DNA of 64,000 nucleotides, taken from IMG/VR virus record IMGVR_UViG_3300033495_000700, one strand, 5' to 3'. The notes under the pieces are model-generated. The model saw only the letters and a program-made list of their open reading frames with translations. It ran no database searches and was not told where the DNA came from. The position numbers were made by a program, and so were the translations under genes. The DNA comes from a virus. Lineage: Duplodnaviria; Heunggongvirae; Uroviricota; Caudoviricetes. The stretch's first letter is position 1; the number at the start of each line of letters is the position of its first letter. Positions 8,794 through 17,404 of the stretch are shown in pieces.

Positions 8794-8965
8794 CTGCCTC
8801 TATACCCAAATCTGCGCTTGCATACTCTGCGGTATAGAGCTCTGGAAGCATACACTCTGCAAACTCACCGTCCGAGTAATAACCGCTCTCAGTCATTACC
8901 AACTTGGCACCTGGCGGCAACTTGCTCAAAGCCTCGATCATTTGTTTTACTGTGATTGCTGTCAT
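8750..8965 (-). CDS. hypothetical protein
   Basis: 71-aa ORF downstream of the promoter at 9000. Confidence 0.4.
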   Translation of the reverse strand: MTAITVKQMIEALSKLPPGAKLVMTESGYYSDGEFAECMLPELYTAEYASADLGIEAGGAVYRIGHSHQSY

Positions 8966-8999
8966 ATTCTGCTCCTTGTGTGTTGCTGTCTATGTATGT

Positions 9000-9028
9000 A
9001 TTATAATGCCTTTTGGATAACCGGTCAA
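9000..9028 (-). promoter_or_regulatory. sigma70-like early promoter (TTGACC N17 TATAAT)
   Basis: Minus-strand reading aggTTGACCggttatccaaaaggcatTATAATaca. Confidence 0.65.
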
Positions 9029-9366
9029 CCTTTGATGTGCTTCCTAGCCCATTCAGCCACAGCGGCTTGGAACCCGTCTTTGTAGAAGTCAATATGAGGA
9101 GTCACGTAGTCGTAGAGACGATGCATTGATTCTCTAGCGGATTCGACATAGGCGGCCTTTTTAGCTTCGGACCACTTGGGGCCACCGGGCCAATAGACCA
9201 GCATGGCCGAGGCAGCTGCCATGTTCCAAACGTAGGCCTCTTTTGTTATCGTATCAACGATCTTAGAAAAGTCCGCCGACTTCTTAGGAACACCATGTTT
9301 GGTCAAAGCCAATTCTACAATCCTCTTCGCTTCGGCCTTTGCGGCCCTTTGAGATATGACTTTCAT
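9025..9366 (-). CDS. hypothetical protein
   Basis: 113-aa ORF. Confidence 0.45.
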   Translation of the reverse strand: MKVISQRAAKAEAKRIVELALTKHGVPKKSADFSKIVDTITKEAYVWNMAAASAMLVYWPGGPKWSEAKKAAYVESARESMHRLYDYVTPHIDFYKDGFQAAVAEWARKHIKG

Positions 9367-9402
9367 CTTCTACTCCTTGTTGCTAAGTATTGTATCAGCG
9401 TT

Positions 9403-9732
9403 TCACGCTCTTGTCAAGTGGTATTGGAACCCTTGTGCAGACTCTTTCTTAAAAATTCCTTCGTTAGCCCAGTCGCCTTCCAACAGCTTCAGCATCTTTG
9501 GATCTGTAATGAATGCACCGTGTTGCACCTTAACAGCAGCACTCTTTTTACCGTAGCCTACATCGTAAACTGTGCCGCTGATCACCATCTCCAACGCCAA
9601 CTTGATGCGATCCATACGGATCTGCTGTGCCTGTGAGTATAGCGTCTTGTTGGCATGGTTGCGCATACGACGGTCCTGCAGGGCAAAGAACTTGTTAGCG
9701 GCTTCTTTAGTGTCTAGCGTTACGGTGTGCAT
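9403..9732 (-). CDS. hypothetical protein
   Basis: 109-aa ORF. Confidence 0.45.
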   Translation of the reverse strand: MHTVTLDTKEAANKFFALQDRRMRNHANKTLYSQAQQIRMDRIKLALEMVISGTVYDVGYGKKSAAVKVQHGAFITDPKMLKLLEGDWANEGIFKKESAQGFQYHLTRA

Positions 9733-9757
9733 TGTGTCTCCTTGTTGCTATGTATGT

Positions 9758-9786
9758 ATTATACCGCCGTTTAGATAACCCGTCAA
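9758..9786 (-). promoter_or_regulatory. sigma70-like early promoter (TTGACG N17 TATAAT)
   Basis: Minus-strand reading ggTTGACGggttatctaaacggcggTATAATaca. Confidence 0.65.
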
Positions 9787-10019
9787 CCAATTGCTTTGTA
9801 TAACCCTACAAGTCCTATGGATAATGACACAAAATTCACCACAACTTGTGGCTTATTTCCCACACGAGCAGCCCAGATCAAGAACGCTATAGTGCCCACA
9901 GCAAACACCAAAATATTCCAGGGATACACCGCGGGACCTATTGCGTTGAGCACGTGCCCGGCAATGATTGCTACGGCACCCGCCCATTGAATTACTTCAT
10001 TTTTAAAATTAGATATCAT
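9783..10019 (-). CDS. small integral membrane protein
   Basis: 78 aa, mostly hydrophobic (AGAVAIIAGHVLNAIGPAVYPWNILVFAVGTIAFLIWAA). Confidence 0.45.
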   Translation of the reverse strand: MISNFKNEVIQWAGAVAIIAGHVLNAIGPAVYPWNILVFAVGTIAFLIWAARVGNKPQVVVNFVSLSIGLVGLYKAIG

Positions 10020-10046
10020 TGGCTTCTTTTGTGTCTATATGTGCTT

Positions 10047-10075
10047 ATTATACAAGGGTTTGGATTTCTGGTCAA
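10047..10075 (-). promoter_or_regulatory. sigma70-like early promoter (TTGACC N17 TATAAT)
   Basis: Minus-strand reading tggTTGACCagaaatccaaacccttgTATAATaag. Confidence 0.65.
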
Positions 10076-10082
10076 CCAAATA

Positions 10083-10122
10083 CCAAAAGAAAAGGGCCGT
10101 AAAGGCCCTTGTTCTTGTTTTT
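10083..10122. terminator. rho-independent terminator; palindromic stem usable on both strands
   Basis: The hairpin gggccgtaaaggccc is flanked by T/A runs on both sides. It lies just downstream of the stop of the 10129..10926 gene. Confidence 0.55.
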
Positions 10123-10128
10123 ATCCAA

Positions 10129-10926
10129 TCACTTGTTCATCATCAATGCTGTGAAGTTTGAAGGTACAACAATAGTTTGCACTTTACCGTTCTTGATACC
10201 TTCGGAGATGTTCAACATGGCCTGTGCTTCCATGAACTTGATAGAACTACCTGAATTGTTAGCCAATGCTGCCATACGACGACTTTCGGCTTCGGCAGTT
10301 TTGACCTCAACTTCTTTCTGTTTCAGTTCATTCTTGCTACGAACCAATGCGTTAGCACTTTCCACAACTGTGTCGCTTGGAACAACATTACGAATCAATA
10401 CCTGACTGATCATGATAGTACCGTCTAGTTTTTCTTCAGCAAGATTGCGAACAATTTCATCCTGAATGAACTTTTCCATTTCGCTACGCTTGTCAGCCAT
10501 GTCCAGTGCTTCGTACTTACGTGCTGCCTTGTAGATGGCATTACGAGCATTTTGCACAATGTAGTTGTACATCACATAAGTGTCTCCTTTGAACTCGGCG
10601 TGGAATGCTTTGTTCTTGGTTGAATACAGTTCTGCCACTTGTTGTGGGTTAATATTATACACAACCACAGCATCAAAATCTTTCATTGTGCTGTTGTCGG
10701 CTGCCACAGGAGTCATGTCATTCAGTGTGACATTAACATCCTTGACAGGGAAGGTCAAGACTTCGCCGATCAGGACCTGATTGAACGAACCAGGCAGCAA
10801 CTCACCAGGCTGTACCTGTTTATCAAAACCAACTCTCACACCCACCTCACCGGTTTCAATGCGAGTACATGCAGATGTTAGAGCAACTGCGGTCAGAACA
10901 AAACCAACTTTAACCAAACGATTCAT
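10129..10926 (-). CDS. SPFH/band-7 (prohibitin/HflK-like) domain lipoprotein
   Basis: N-terminus VLTAVALTSAC carries a lipobox. An SPFH-like core is followed by a coiled-coil tail. Confidence 0.7.
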   Translation of the reverse strand: MNRLVKVGFVLTAVALTSACTRIETGEVGVRVGFDKQVQPGELLPGSFNQVLIGEVLTFPVKDVNVTLNDMTPVAADNSTMKDFDAVVVYNINPQQVAELYSTKNKAFHAEFKGDTYVMYNYIVQNARNAIYKAARKYEALDMADKRSEMEKFIQDEIVRNLAEEKLDGTIMISQVLIRNVVPSDTVVESANALVRSKNELKQKEVEVKTAEAESRRMAALANNSGSSIKFMEAQAMLNISEGIKNGKVQTIVVPSNFTALMMNK

Positions 10927-11013
10927 TTAGATAACTCCTGTAGAAAAAAGATAAAAACACACAACGAAACCCAGTGCAAAATAAATTGGCCTTAGCCAAC
11001 TATCATTGATCAT
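10927..11013 (-). CDS. small hydrophobic peptide (28 aa), not in ORF track
   Basis: Translation MINDSWLRPIYFALGFVVCFYLFSTGVI*. Its TAA overlaps the ATG of the 10926 gene (TAAATG). Confidence 0.3.
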   Translation of the reverse strand: MINDSWLRPIYFALGFVVCFYLFSTGVI

Positions 11014-11020
11014 GATGATT

Positions 11021-11200
11021 CCTTTAAAATAAAACAACAACCAGAATCAACAGCACGATTGCCGTCAATCCACACATTGTACTATACGCAAGCAATTTAG
11101 TCAATGCCCATTTGTCCTTTCCGGTCAAATCTCTAAAACTTTTAATTCCAACATAGAAAATGCCAAATGCAATTAAAAATGCCAATATAATTTTAATCAT
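11021..11200 (-). CDS. small membrane protein (59 aa), not in ORF track
   Basis: ATG 11200..11198 overlaps the TGA of the 11197..11463 gene. Translation MIKIILAFLIAFGIFYVGIKSFRDLTGKDKWALTKLLAYSTMCGLTAIVLLILVVVLF*. Confidence 0.4.
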
Positions 11201-11463
11201 AGTTCAACTCCGAAATGATGTTTAATCAATGCTCTAACATACCAAGTATGCAAACCAGTTGTATGCTTATGTTCTTGAGGCACCCAAACTGTGTCTGATT
11301 CTTTGGCTTCAGCGTCTATCAACAGTTGTTTAAGTTCTTCAATGCCAAATCCTTTGAAGAATTTGAAGGCACCTTGATTTGGAAAATACTCGTAGGGGTT
11401 GTTAAACCCTGCTGAGGAGTAGCCACTATCATAAGGAATTTTAATACCGTCAAACGCACCCAT
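11197..11463 (-). CDS. HFGVE-family small protein paralog (88 aa; divergent N-terminus)
   Basis: Ends ...IKHHFGVEL. The 3' DNA motif ttcaactccgaaatgatg is present. Confidence 0.6.
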   Translation of the reverse strand: MGAFDGIKIPYDSGYSSAGFNNPYEYFPNQGAFKFFKGFGIEELKQLLIDAEAKESDTVWVPQEHKHTTGLHTWYVRALIKHHFGVEL

Positions 11464-11684
11464 TATTCTTTGACTCCGAAATGTTCTTCAACCTCAACAA
11501 AAATGTCATCAATGTCTCGTTCGGGGTCATGAGGATTCATTTCCTCAATAACGCTTAAACATTCTGCCACAATCAACTGGGCGAACTTTTTGACAAAGTC
11601 TTTAGTGTATGGAATCGTTATAGGATAGCCATCTGGACTTTGATGTGAAGCCTGTTCAGCAAGTTCTTTAATTCGTTCGTTCAT
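11463..11684 (-). CDS. HFGVE-family small protein paralog (73 aa)
   Basis: Begins MNERIKELAEQ... and ends ...VEEHFGVKE. Confidence 0.65.
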   Translation of the reverse strand: MNERIKELAEQASHQSPDGYPITIPYTKDFVKKFAQLIVAECLSVIEEMNPHDPERDIDDIFVEVEEHFGVKE

Positions 11685-11730
11685 ACCTGTACTCCTGTGT
11701 GTCTAGGTGTTTATTTACGGAATGATTTGA

Positions 11731-11976
11731 TCAAAAGTCATACGCATCGGCGAAGTCAACCATGTCTGGGGTGGCCCGACGCAAGAATTCTTTGCCTACC
11801 ACTGCCGGTTTTGGCCGCCAGACTATCCAATTGTTGATAGCCCATACTTTAACTTTGGAATTTACTGGATTTACCTTAGTAACTCGCCCTATAACTTGAT
11901 TGCCGGACCGGCTACGATAATATACCAACTCGTTCACTGCAATTTTAATTTTTTTCATTTTGGTCTCCAAGTTCAA
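11731..11976 (-). CDS. hypothetical protein
   Basis: 81-aa ORF with a promoter directly upstream. Confidence 0.45.
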   Translation of the reverse strand: MNLETKMKKIKIAVNELVYYRSRSGNQVIGRVTKVNPVNSKVKVWAINNWIVWRPKPAVVGKEFLRRATPDMVDFADAYDF

Positions 11977-11999
11977 TCAGCTCTTGATCTCATGTATGT

Positions 12000-12028
12000 A
12001 TTATACAAAAACGGTAATTTCTGGTCAA
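12000..12028 (-). promoter_or_regulatory. sigma70-like early promoter (TTGACC N17 TATAAT)
   Basis: Minus-strand reading cggTTGACCagaaattaccgtttttgTATAATaca. Confidence 0.65.
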
Positions 12029-12369
12029 CCGTTTTGCTTGACCCGCACATCAGTATTCAGCGAGGGTGTGTACTGAGCAATCAGTTGTCGTTCCAACTTA
12101 TGTGCAACTTCTTTTCCGCGAACAATGTCAACTATGGTTGCCACTATGTTATCAGCACCAGCAGCACGAATTGCTTGGTACAAATTCCAAAACTTGTCCT
12201 CAGTACGCGAGCGATAGATGTGCTTGTTTACACGGCTACGCAGGCTCATCAGCGTGGTACGCTGAGTCTTGGCAGTGATACCAATGTAAGTCTCAAACCC
12301 GATATGCAAAGCATACACGATATGAGTGCGATCAACACGCTTCTTACGGGTGGCTTTTTTTGCTTCCAT
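12025..12369 (-). CDS. stand-alone GIY-YIG nuclease-domain protein
   Basis: [24 protein letters not shown]...R...H...E follows the GIY/YIG/R/E motif order. Confidence 0.5.
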   Translation of the reverse strand: MEAKKATRKKRVDRTHIVYALHIGFETYIGITAKTQRTTLMSLRSRVNKHIYRSRTEDKFWNLYQAIRAAGADNIVATIVDIVRGKEVAHKLERQLIAQYTPSLNTDVRVKQNG

Positions 12370-12375
12370 ACACGT

Positions 12376-12404
12376 ATTATACCCAGTCTAGCGATTCCGG
12401 TCAA
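12376..12404 (-). promoter_or_regulatory. sigma70-like early promoter (TTGACC N17 TATAAT)
   Basis: Minus-strand reading cagTTGACCggaatcgctagactgggTATAATacg. Confidence 0.65.
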
Positions 12405-12496
12405 CTGTTTTGCCCCCAAAAAAGTGAACTTTTTCTGTGGCTTTTTTACAACAAATTTAGTGTGAATATATAATATTATCTTTATATTATCAATTG

Positions 12497-12859
12497 TTAT
12501 TGAGTATAGTTTTCAAGAAACTGATTTAAATCTCCATACACATTGGCCAAAAATGCTTCTTTAGATCCGTAGAATTTGATGCTGGGATTTTTTCTATCTA
12601 TATTAAGATAATAGGGATCTTGTAATCGTTGATCCAACTGTACTAATAGTTTGGGACGTATTTGTTCAGGGCCAATATCAAAATTATAATGCTCAATATT
12701 CATTCGTTGCATGGCAATATAACCATGAGAGCTGAGACGCATACCTGCACCTTGACGAGAATTACGCCACCATGTTTGCATGGCCCAATCTAATCCGGGG
12801 CGCCGAGATTCAGGATACTGCCTGATCAGTGCTTCGGTAATGGCTTGCTTATTTCGCAT
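12497..12859 (-). CDS. hypothetical protein
   Basis: 120-aa ORF. Confidence 0.4.
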   Translation of the reverse strand: MRNKQAITEALIRQYPESRRPGLDWAMQTWWRNSRQGAGMRLSSHGYIAMQRMNIEHYNFDIGPEQIRPKLLVQLDQRLQDPYYLNIDRKNPSIKFYGSKEAFLANVYGDLNQFLENYTQ

Positions 12860-13145
12860 TGGGATATATCTTATCCCCTTGCTTGAGTAATACTACACAA
12901 AACTTGTCAGTGCGAAACTGAATGTTTAGTTTTCTAGCCAAGTTGATTGCGTGTCCTTTATTTGAAAAAGATACTTTTTTATACTTGGGACCAGGATACT
13001 GTGTGAGTAGATTTGAAGTCTTGAGATTGATTGGCTGATTATCAAAAAACACGGCATAGATACCATCAGCTTTTAAAATTTGCTCAGTTTTGTAGGTCTG
13101 CTTGTTAGTATTCTCTATCAACACTGATGGTTTTGGACGACTCAT
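12849..13145 (-). CDS. hypothetical protein
   Basis: 98-aa ORF. Confidence 0.4.
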   Translation of the reverse strand: MSRPKPSVLIENTNKQTYKTEQILKADGIYAVFFDNQPINLKTSNLLTQYPGPKYKKVSFSNKGHAINLARKLNIQFRTDKFCVVLLKQGDKIYPNAK

Positions 13146-13160
13146 TGATTATACTCCTAC

Positions 13161-13192
13161 ATTTATTTATGCATAAATGTAGGAGTATTTAG
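13161..13192. repeat. perfect 13-bp inverted repeat (hairpin) between genes
   Basis: ctcctacatttat ttatgc ataaatgtaggag. Confidence 0.6.
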
Positions 13193-13398
13193 AAGTCTCG
13201 ACTGCCCAATTCCACAGTGATAACTTCTTGTTTTTGTGCGTTCAGCAACTGCGTCTGCAGTTCTGTCATGGCCAACAACAGTTTGGTTATGTCAGCATGC
13301 AAGTGTTTGGCGTCACGAATTGGCATGATGAAGTCACGCTGTCCACGTGCTTCATGTGCCTTTACTGAATCAACAAATCGGTTAATATGTATGCTCAT
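13189..13398 (-). CDS. hypothetical protein
   Basis: 69-aa ORF. Confidence 0.4.
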   Translation of the reverse strand: MSIHINRFVDSVKAHEARGQRDFIMPIRDAKHLHADITKLLLAMTELQTQLLNAQKQEVITVELGSRDF

Positions 13399-13778
13399 TA
13401 GGAAAACTTATTAAAAGCGCCCTTCTTTTTCATGAATGGTTTCAAGTTTGGTGGTTGCCAGAAATTTGGCTTGAGTACCTTGCCATCTTCACGCTTGCGC
13501 ACTTTGCCAGTTTCCTTATCCACTTTACTGAAGTTTGATCGCATAACTTCTTTCCACGCACCTTCACCATCCGCACCCATACTATGAATAGCACCAATGG
13601 TAACAACTAAGATATCAATGAGTGCATCTAATGTTTCAATATCATCATTGGCATCTTTGAGTTCTTGATATTCTTCGTCAATCAAGTTCATATACATATC
13701 AAACTGTGCTTGGTCTCCCGTGACACTTTGATCACAGGCTTTCATAAATTTCTCCTGATTACGGAAGGGGTTTGACAT
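13398..13778 (-). CDS. MazG-like nucleotide pyrophosphohydrolase
   Basis: LIDEEYQELKDANDDIETLDALIDILVVTIGAIHSMG is typical of an all-alpha NTP-PPase. Start taken at ATG 13778. Confidence 0.55.
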   Translation of the reverse strand: MSNPFRNQEKFMKACDQSVTGDQAQFDMYMNLIDEEYQELKDANDDIETLDALIDILVVTIGAIHSMGADGEGAWKEVMRSNFSKVDKETGKVRKREDGKVLKPNFWQPPNLKPFMKKKGAFNKFS

Positions 13779-14217
13779 TGGCTTCTTCTTTGGTATAAAA
13801 TGGACCTTGATACGGATAACGTTCCAAGGTAATGAGTTTAGGGCTTTGTACAATGCACCAAGTTCTGCGTTGTTTGACCTGATACCAACCGGCTGCAAAC
13901 CACGAACGTGACTTGCGATTCTTGGTATACAACGGCAATTTGTGTTGCACATTCCAGATGGGATTGTATACTCGAGATCCTGCAGGATATCCTTGTACTT
14001 GATAATTGGCAGGTTCTTGATTGGGCTTGTTTCCTACTGCTGGAAATTCAATATCCACTTGTTTACGTATCATTGCAATGGTCTTAAATGGCATGACCTT
14101 GTTGTTGATCCGCACTGCAAAGCCATCTCCTGTGGCTTCAATATTGCCAACTTTTTTATTATCCTGCGTGAGTATGTAAAACTGATCCTTGACTACAGGT
14201 TTAGCTATGATGCTCAT
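13759..14217 (-). CDS. hypothetical protein
   Basis: 152-aa ORF. Confidence 0.4.
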   Translation of the reverse strand: MSIIAKPVVKDQFYILTQDNKKVGNIEATGDGFAVRINNKVMPFKTIAMIRKQVDIEFPAVGNKPNQEPANYQVQGYPAGSRVYNPIWNVQHKLPLYTKNRKSRSWFAAGWYQVKQRRTWCIVQSPKLITLERYPYQGPFYTKEEANVKPLP

Positions 14218-15211
14218 CTAGTGTTCCTTTATATGTTTGGTTGAGCCAACGAGCATATTGCTCTGCTGACTCAGATATCTTGTTGAGTTCGTACTTGCCG
14301 CAGAACTTCATAAATCTCACACCAACTTGACCAATGTCTTTGTGGCTGATCTGTTCACGTATTGCACCGTCTACTTTGGCTTTGATATCGTCTGGCTGTG
14401 CAGTCAAATCAACCAGCACACGATTGCGTTCGTAGTCATCTTTCACACGATGCTCAACACCTTCGTGGTCGGACCAACGTTGCAGCATGAGATTGTTCCA
14501 GGAATATCCTTTGTTGTTTCGATCTTCAAATGCTTCAGTCAAGCCAACTTTGTTTTTGCTACCTTTGGTTCGCACACCAGGATATGCACTAAAGACATTA
14601 TCACTAGTATCACCACGCATACATTTCTCAAACAGCAGCCATTCGGGATCAGGAATAGTCTTGTCTGTCTTGGTCTTTTTATCTTGCACACGACGACCCT
14701 TGGCATCAAATATGCCTGTTATGGTGTGAAGCTCGTCGGTAATGCCATTGTACTGGCTCACATTGGGTGCTAGCAATTGCACAAAATCTGTATCTGATGA
14801 AATCACATAGTGCTCGTCCTGAGGATGCAAGGCTATCCAGCGAGCAATCACGTCGTCTGCCTCAGCCTCAGCATGTCGAATAACGCTACAATTAGTACCA
14901 TCGGCCAGGTATTTGGTGAGGCTATCGTAGGTCTCCCAAAACAATTTATCTTCTTCTTGTTCTGTTTCCGACAGTGCAGCACGAGCCACGGCACGATTCT
15001 TCTTGTAGGGCGCATAAAAGTCTTTGCGCCATGAGCGACCTTCTAGTGCGAACACCACGTGGTCTGCTTGAAATTGTTTGTGTACTTTGTTCACACTGCT
15101 CATCACAATGTGTAAAGCATATCCTATTTTTTCCCATGCATCAGCAGCACGGAAAACAGAGTGACGAGCACGGAAAAAAGTATTAGCTGTATCAATCAAT
15201 AGATATCGCAT
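14201..15211 (-). CDS. rnh: RNase H / 5'-3' flap exonuclease (T4 rnh-like)
   Basis: EADDVIARWIA and the C-terminal RNRVLVDLTAQPDDIKAKV...FMKFCGKYELNKISE resemble T4 RNase H (EADDHIAVLVK; ENLVLIDFDYIPDNIASN...FVKAGLSKLTNSI). Confidence 0.7.
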   Translation of the reverse strand: MRYLLIDTANTFFRARHSVFRAADAWEKIGYALHIVMSSVNKVHKQFQADHVVFALEGRSWRKDFYAPYKKNRAVARAALSETEQEEDKLFWETYDSLTKYLADGTNCSVIRHAEAEADDVIARWIALHPQDEHYVISSDTDFVQLLAPNVSQYNGITDELHTITGIFDAKGRRVQDKKTKTDKTIPDPEWLLFEKCMRGDTSDNVFSAYPGVRTKGSKNKVGLTEAFEDRNNKGYSWNNLMLQRWSDHEGVEHRVKDDYERNRVLVDLTAQPDDIKAKVDGAIREQISHKDIGQVGVRFMKFCGKYELNKISESAEQYARWLNQTYKGTLDEHHS

Positions 15212-15316
15212 AGGGATCCAATATATTGTTTTCTATACAGTATTGTAACACAGACCAGGATTAAAAGCAATCTGGATTTTTACCAAAATGTCAAGATCTG
15301 TGTGACGCTGACAGTT

Positions 15317-15757
15317 TCACGATACTTCAGTGCGACCGTCACCGATGTCGGTGCTGCGAACCCACATGCCACTCTTGGCCATGGCTTCTTCTTGTTCCCA
15401 AGTTTCCATCACCACATGTCTACACACATTCTGGAACCACCGATCCACAATTTCAGCATCGGTGTCATCCTTCTTGATCATGTATCCGGCCTTGACCAGT
15501 CGTGCTACAAAAATCTCATTCCAGTCCAGTTCAAATGCACCTTGATGCAAGTTGTCTAGATCCACATCCATGCTGAGAATGTTCACATAAGGCAATTTGT
15601 TCTCAGTGGCCTGTTGTTTAGCTGTTTTGGGTTGTTCTTTGGGAGGTTGAACCGGAGTCTCTGGGCTTCGACGGGCTCGTGGCCTGGGTGCGGGCTCGGG
15701 CAGCTTGGGTTCTACAACAGGTTGGGGTTTCTTTCGAAACATATCAAAAAATGCCAT
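15317..15757 (-). CDS. hypothetical protein (Pro/Lys-rich N-terminal segment)
   Basis: 146-aa ORF. Confidence 0.4.
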   Translation of the reverse strand: MAFFDMFRKKPQPVVEPKLPEPAPRPRARRSPETPVQPPKEQPKTAKQQATENKLPYVNILSMDVDLDNLHQGAFELDWNEIFVARLVKAGYMIKKDDTDAEIVDRWFQNVCRHVVMETWEQEEAMAKSGMWVRSTDIGDGRTEVS

Positions 15758-15758
15758 G

Positions 15759-16226
15759 TTATTCCTCTTTTACTTCTATCCAGGTATAATCGCCCAGCCA
15801 CTGGACTTGAGCAATATATTGGTAATTTTTGGGAGCACTGCTGCTCCAGTCATTGGGTCCTGTTTTGGCCAGAATAGTTTTTTGTTTGTGGGTATCAAAT
15901 ACTAACCAATAGGTTTGACCATGATAAGTTTGAAATTGATATTCAGCAGAATGCACTGCATCTGTTATTTCTAGTCTACGTTTGATTTCTTGTGCTTGTG
16001 ATTCTAACACTCGAACCAAATCTGTGATGCGATTGTATTCTTGTTGAGCATGCATCCTGGCAACATTGATCATGATGTCCTTTTGTTTTTCAACAGGCAC
16101 AAGATCAAATTTAGGACTCAGCGTGGATGTGGCGTACGGCGTTAAATTTCTGTTGAGGAAATGTATTAGTGAACCAGTTGATTCACTGTCAAAACTGCTC
16201 ACACCGTTGGCTGAATTCTTTGTCAT
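15759..16226 (-). CDS. hypothetical protein
   Basis: 155-aa ORF. Confidence 0.4.
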   Translation of the reverse strand: MTKNSANGVSSFDSESTGSLIHFLNRNLTPYATSTLSPKFDLVPVEKQKDIMINVARMHAQQEYNRITDLVRVLESQAQEIKRRLEITDAVHSAEYQFQTYHGQTYWLVFDTHKQKTILAKTGPNDWSSSAPKNYQYIAQVQWLGDYTWIEVKEE

Positions 16227-16233
16227 TTTGCTA

Positions 16234-16476
16234 TTATCGTTTCAATTGCCACAACAAATAGTCAAATTTGCTTATGTAGTATACGTCAAGTACTGGGTCG
16301 CCCGGACCCATGATAAGTCTTGATCCTTTGTAACACCAAGTAAGCCATAGCCGAGTGCCAGATAAGTAACAAGTTCTTGGCCACACACAAAAATTCAAAC
16401 GCCAATTTCTTGCTTGATTTAGACCCCATTCTTGATATCTATACCGTTGCACGGTCACATCATCCAAAGGCATCAC
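16234..16476 (-). CDS. hypothetical protein
   Basis: 80-aa ORF. Confidence 0.35.
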   Translation of the reverse strand: MMPLDDVTVQRYRYQEWGLNQARNWRLNFCVWPRTCYLSGTRLWLTWCYKGSRLIMGPGDPVLDVYYISKFDYLLWQLKR

Positions 16477-17333
16477 GTGCCCCAGAGATTCTTGAAAAGC
16501 GGTACTTGAAGACGATCACTGTAACGTAGGCCTGCATTCATGGCCATCACAGCCACTGCTTTGTTGTTCAATGAGTAAACACTTTCTACACCGCCCACTG
16601 GCATCAAGTACACATGTCCTTTGAATCCTGCTTGACGATACACTGCAATTGCACGTTCGGCATCTGCAAAGTCTTGCTCAGTGGCAATAACAAATTTCAA
16701 GTATGTTGTACCAACAGATTCATACTCATGCACAATCTCTGGCTGGATGGCATCGTCCCAAGATTCGCCCGAGCAAGGAAGTTTAGCACTTACACTGAAC
16801 GTAATTTCTCGCTCTAATTTGTGATCTTGATTTTGCCACATACCCAAATATGTTCTAAACTCTGAACTCAATTTTTGAGTACCGTTGGTCTCAAATGTGA
16901 TTTCTTTCAACCCTGCCATGTTGGGATGATTCAACAAGTCAGGATAAGCACGTTGCCAACCCAACAATGGTTCTCCACCTGTGATTACCAGATGCTCATC
17001 CTGCCATTCGCCGTGCGGAATAATTTCCATAATACGATTCACAATTGCTTCGCTGGTCAACATGGGACTCAATTCCTTAAAGTCTGGATGCCAACTAGCA
17101 TAACTGTCGCATCCTGTGCTAACCAGCGGAAGTTCATTGTACTCTTTAAATGGATGCATGGCATGCATAACTGCAATTTCTTCTGCTTCCTTGCTGAGTT
17201 CACCACGTGGCATACCAAAGCCCTTGCAAGAAAAATTGCAGCCAAAAGTTCTCAAGAAGACGCTAGGTACCCCCATATATCTACCTTCCCCCTGTATAGA
17301 GTAGAAAAGTTCTGCTATCTTAATCTTTGACAT
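16473..17333 (-). CDS. queE: QueE-like radical-SAM 7-carboxy-7-deazaguanine synthase homolog (atypical Cys motif)
   Basis: AELFYSIQGEGRYMGVPSVFLRTFGCNFSC matches the QueE N-terminal signature (F.SIQGEG..G.P..F.R..GCN..C). The third Cys is not adjacent. Confidence 0.5.
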   Translation of the reverse strand: MSKIKIAELFYSIQGEGRYMGVPSVFLRTFGCNFSCKGFGMPRGELSKEAEEIAVMHAMHPFKEYNELPLVSTGCDSYASWHPDFKELSPMLTSEAIVNRIMEIIPHGEWQDEHLVITGGEPLLGWQRAYPDLLNHPNMAGLKEITFETNGTQKLSSEFRTYLGMWQNQDHKLEREITFSVSAKLPCSGESWDDAIQPEIVHEYESVGTTYLKFVIATEQDFADAERAIAVYRQAGFKGHVYLMPVGGVESVYSLNNKAVAVMAMNAGLRYSDRLQVPLFKNLWGT

Positions 17334-17404
17334 TTAAAACCTTTATTGTGTACTTGGTCATTATACATGAAATTGTGGATGTGTTGCAAAGGCAGTTTTG
17401 CCAC

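Noticed and set aside
8197-8955. Long plus-strand ORF (252 aa), and similar plus-strand ORFs such as 4428..5030, 6371..6829, 42109..42999 and 14327..14773.
   Set aside because: Each lies antisense to a tightly packed series of minus-strand genes that have promoters, RBSs and start/stop coupling. Their translations are low-complexity with no motifs, so they are most likely spurious.
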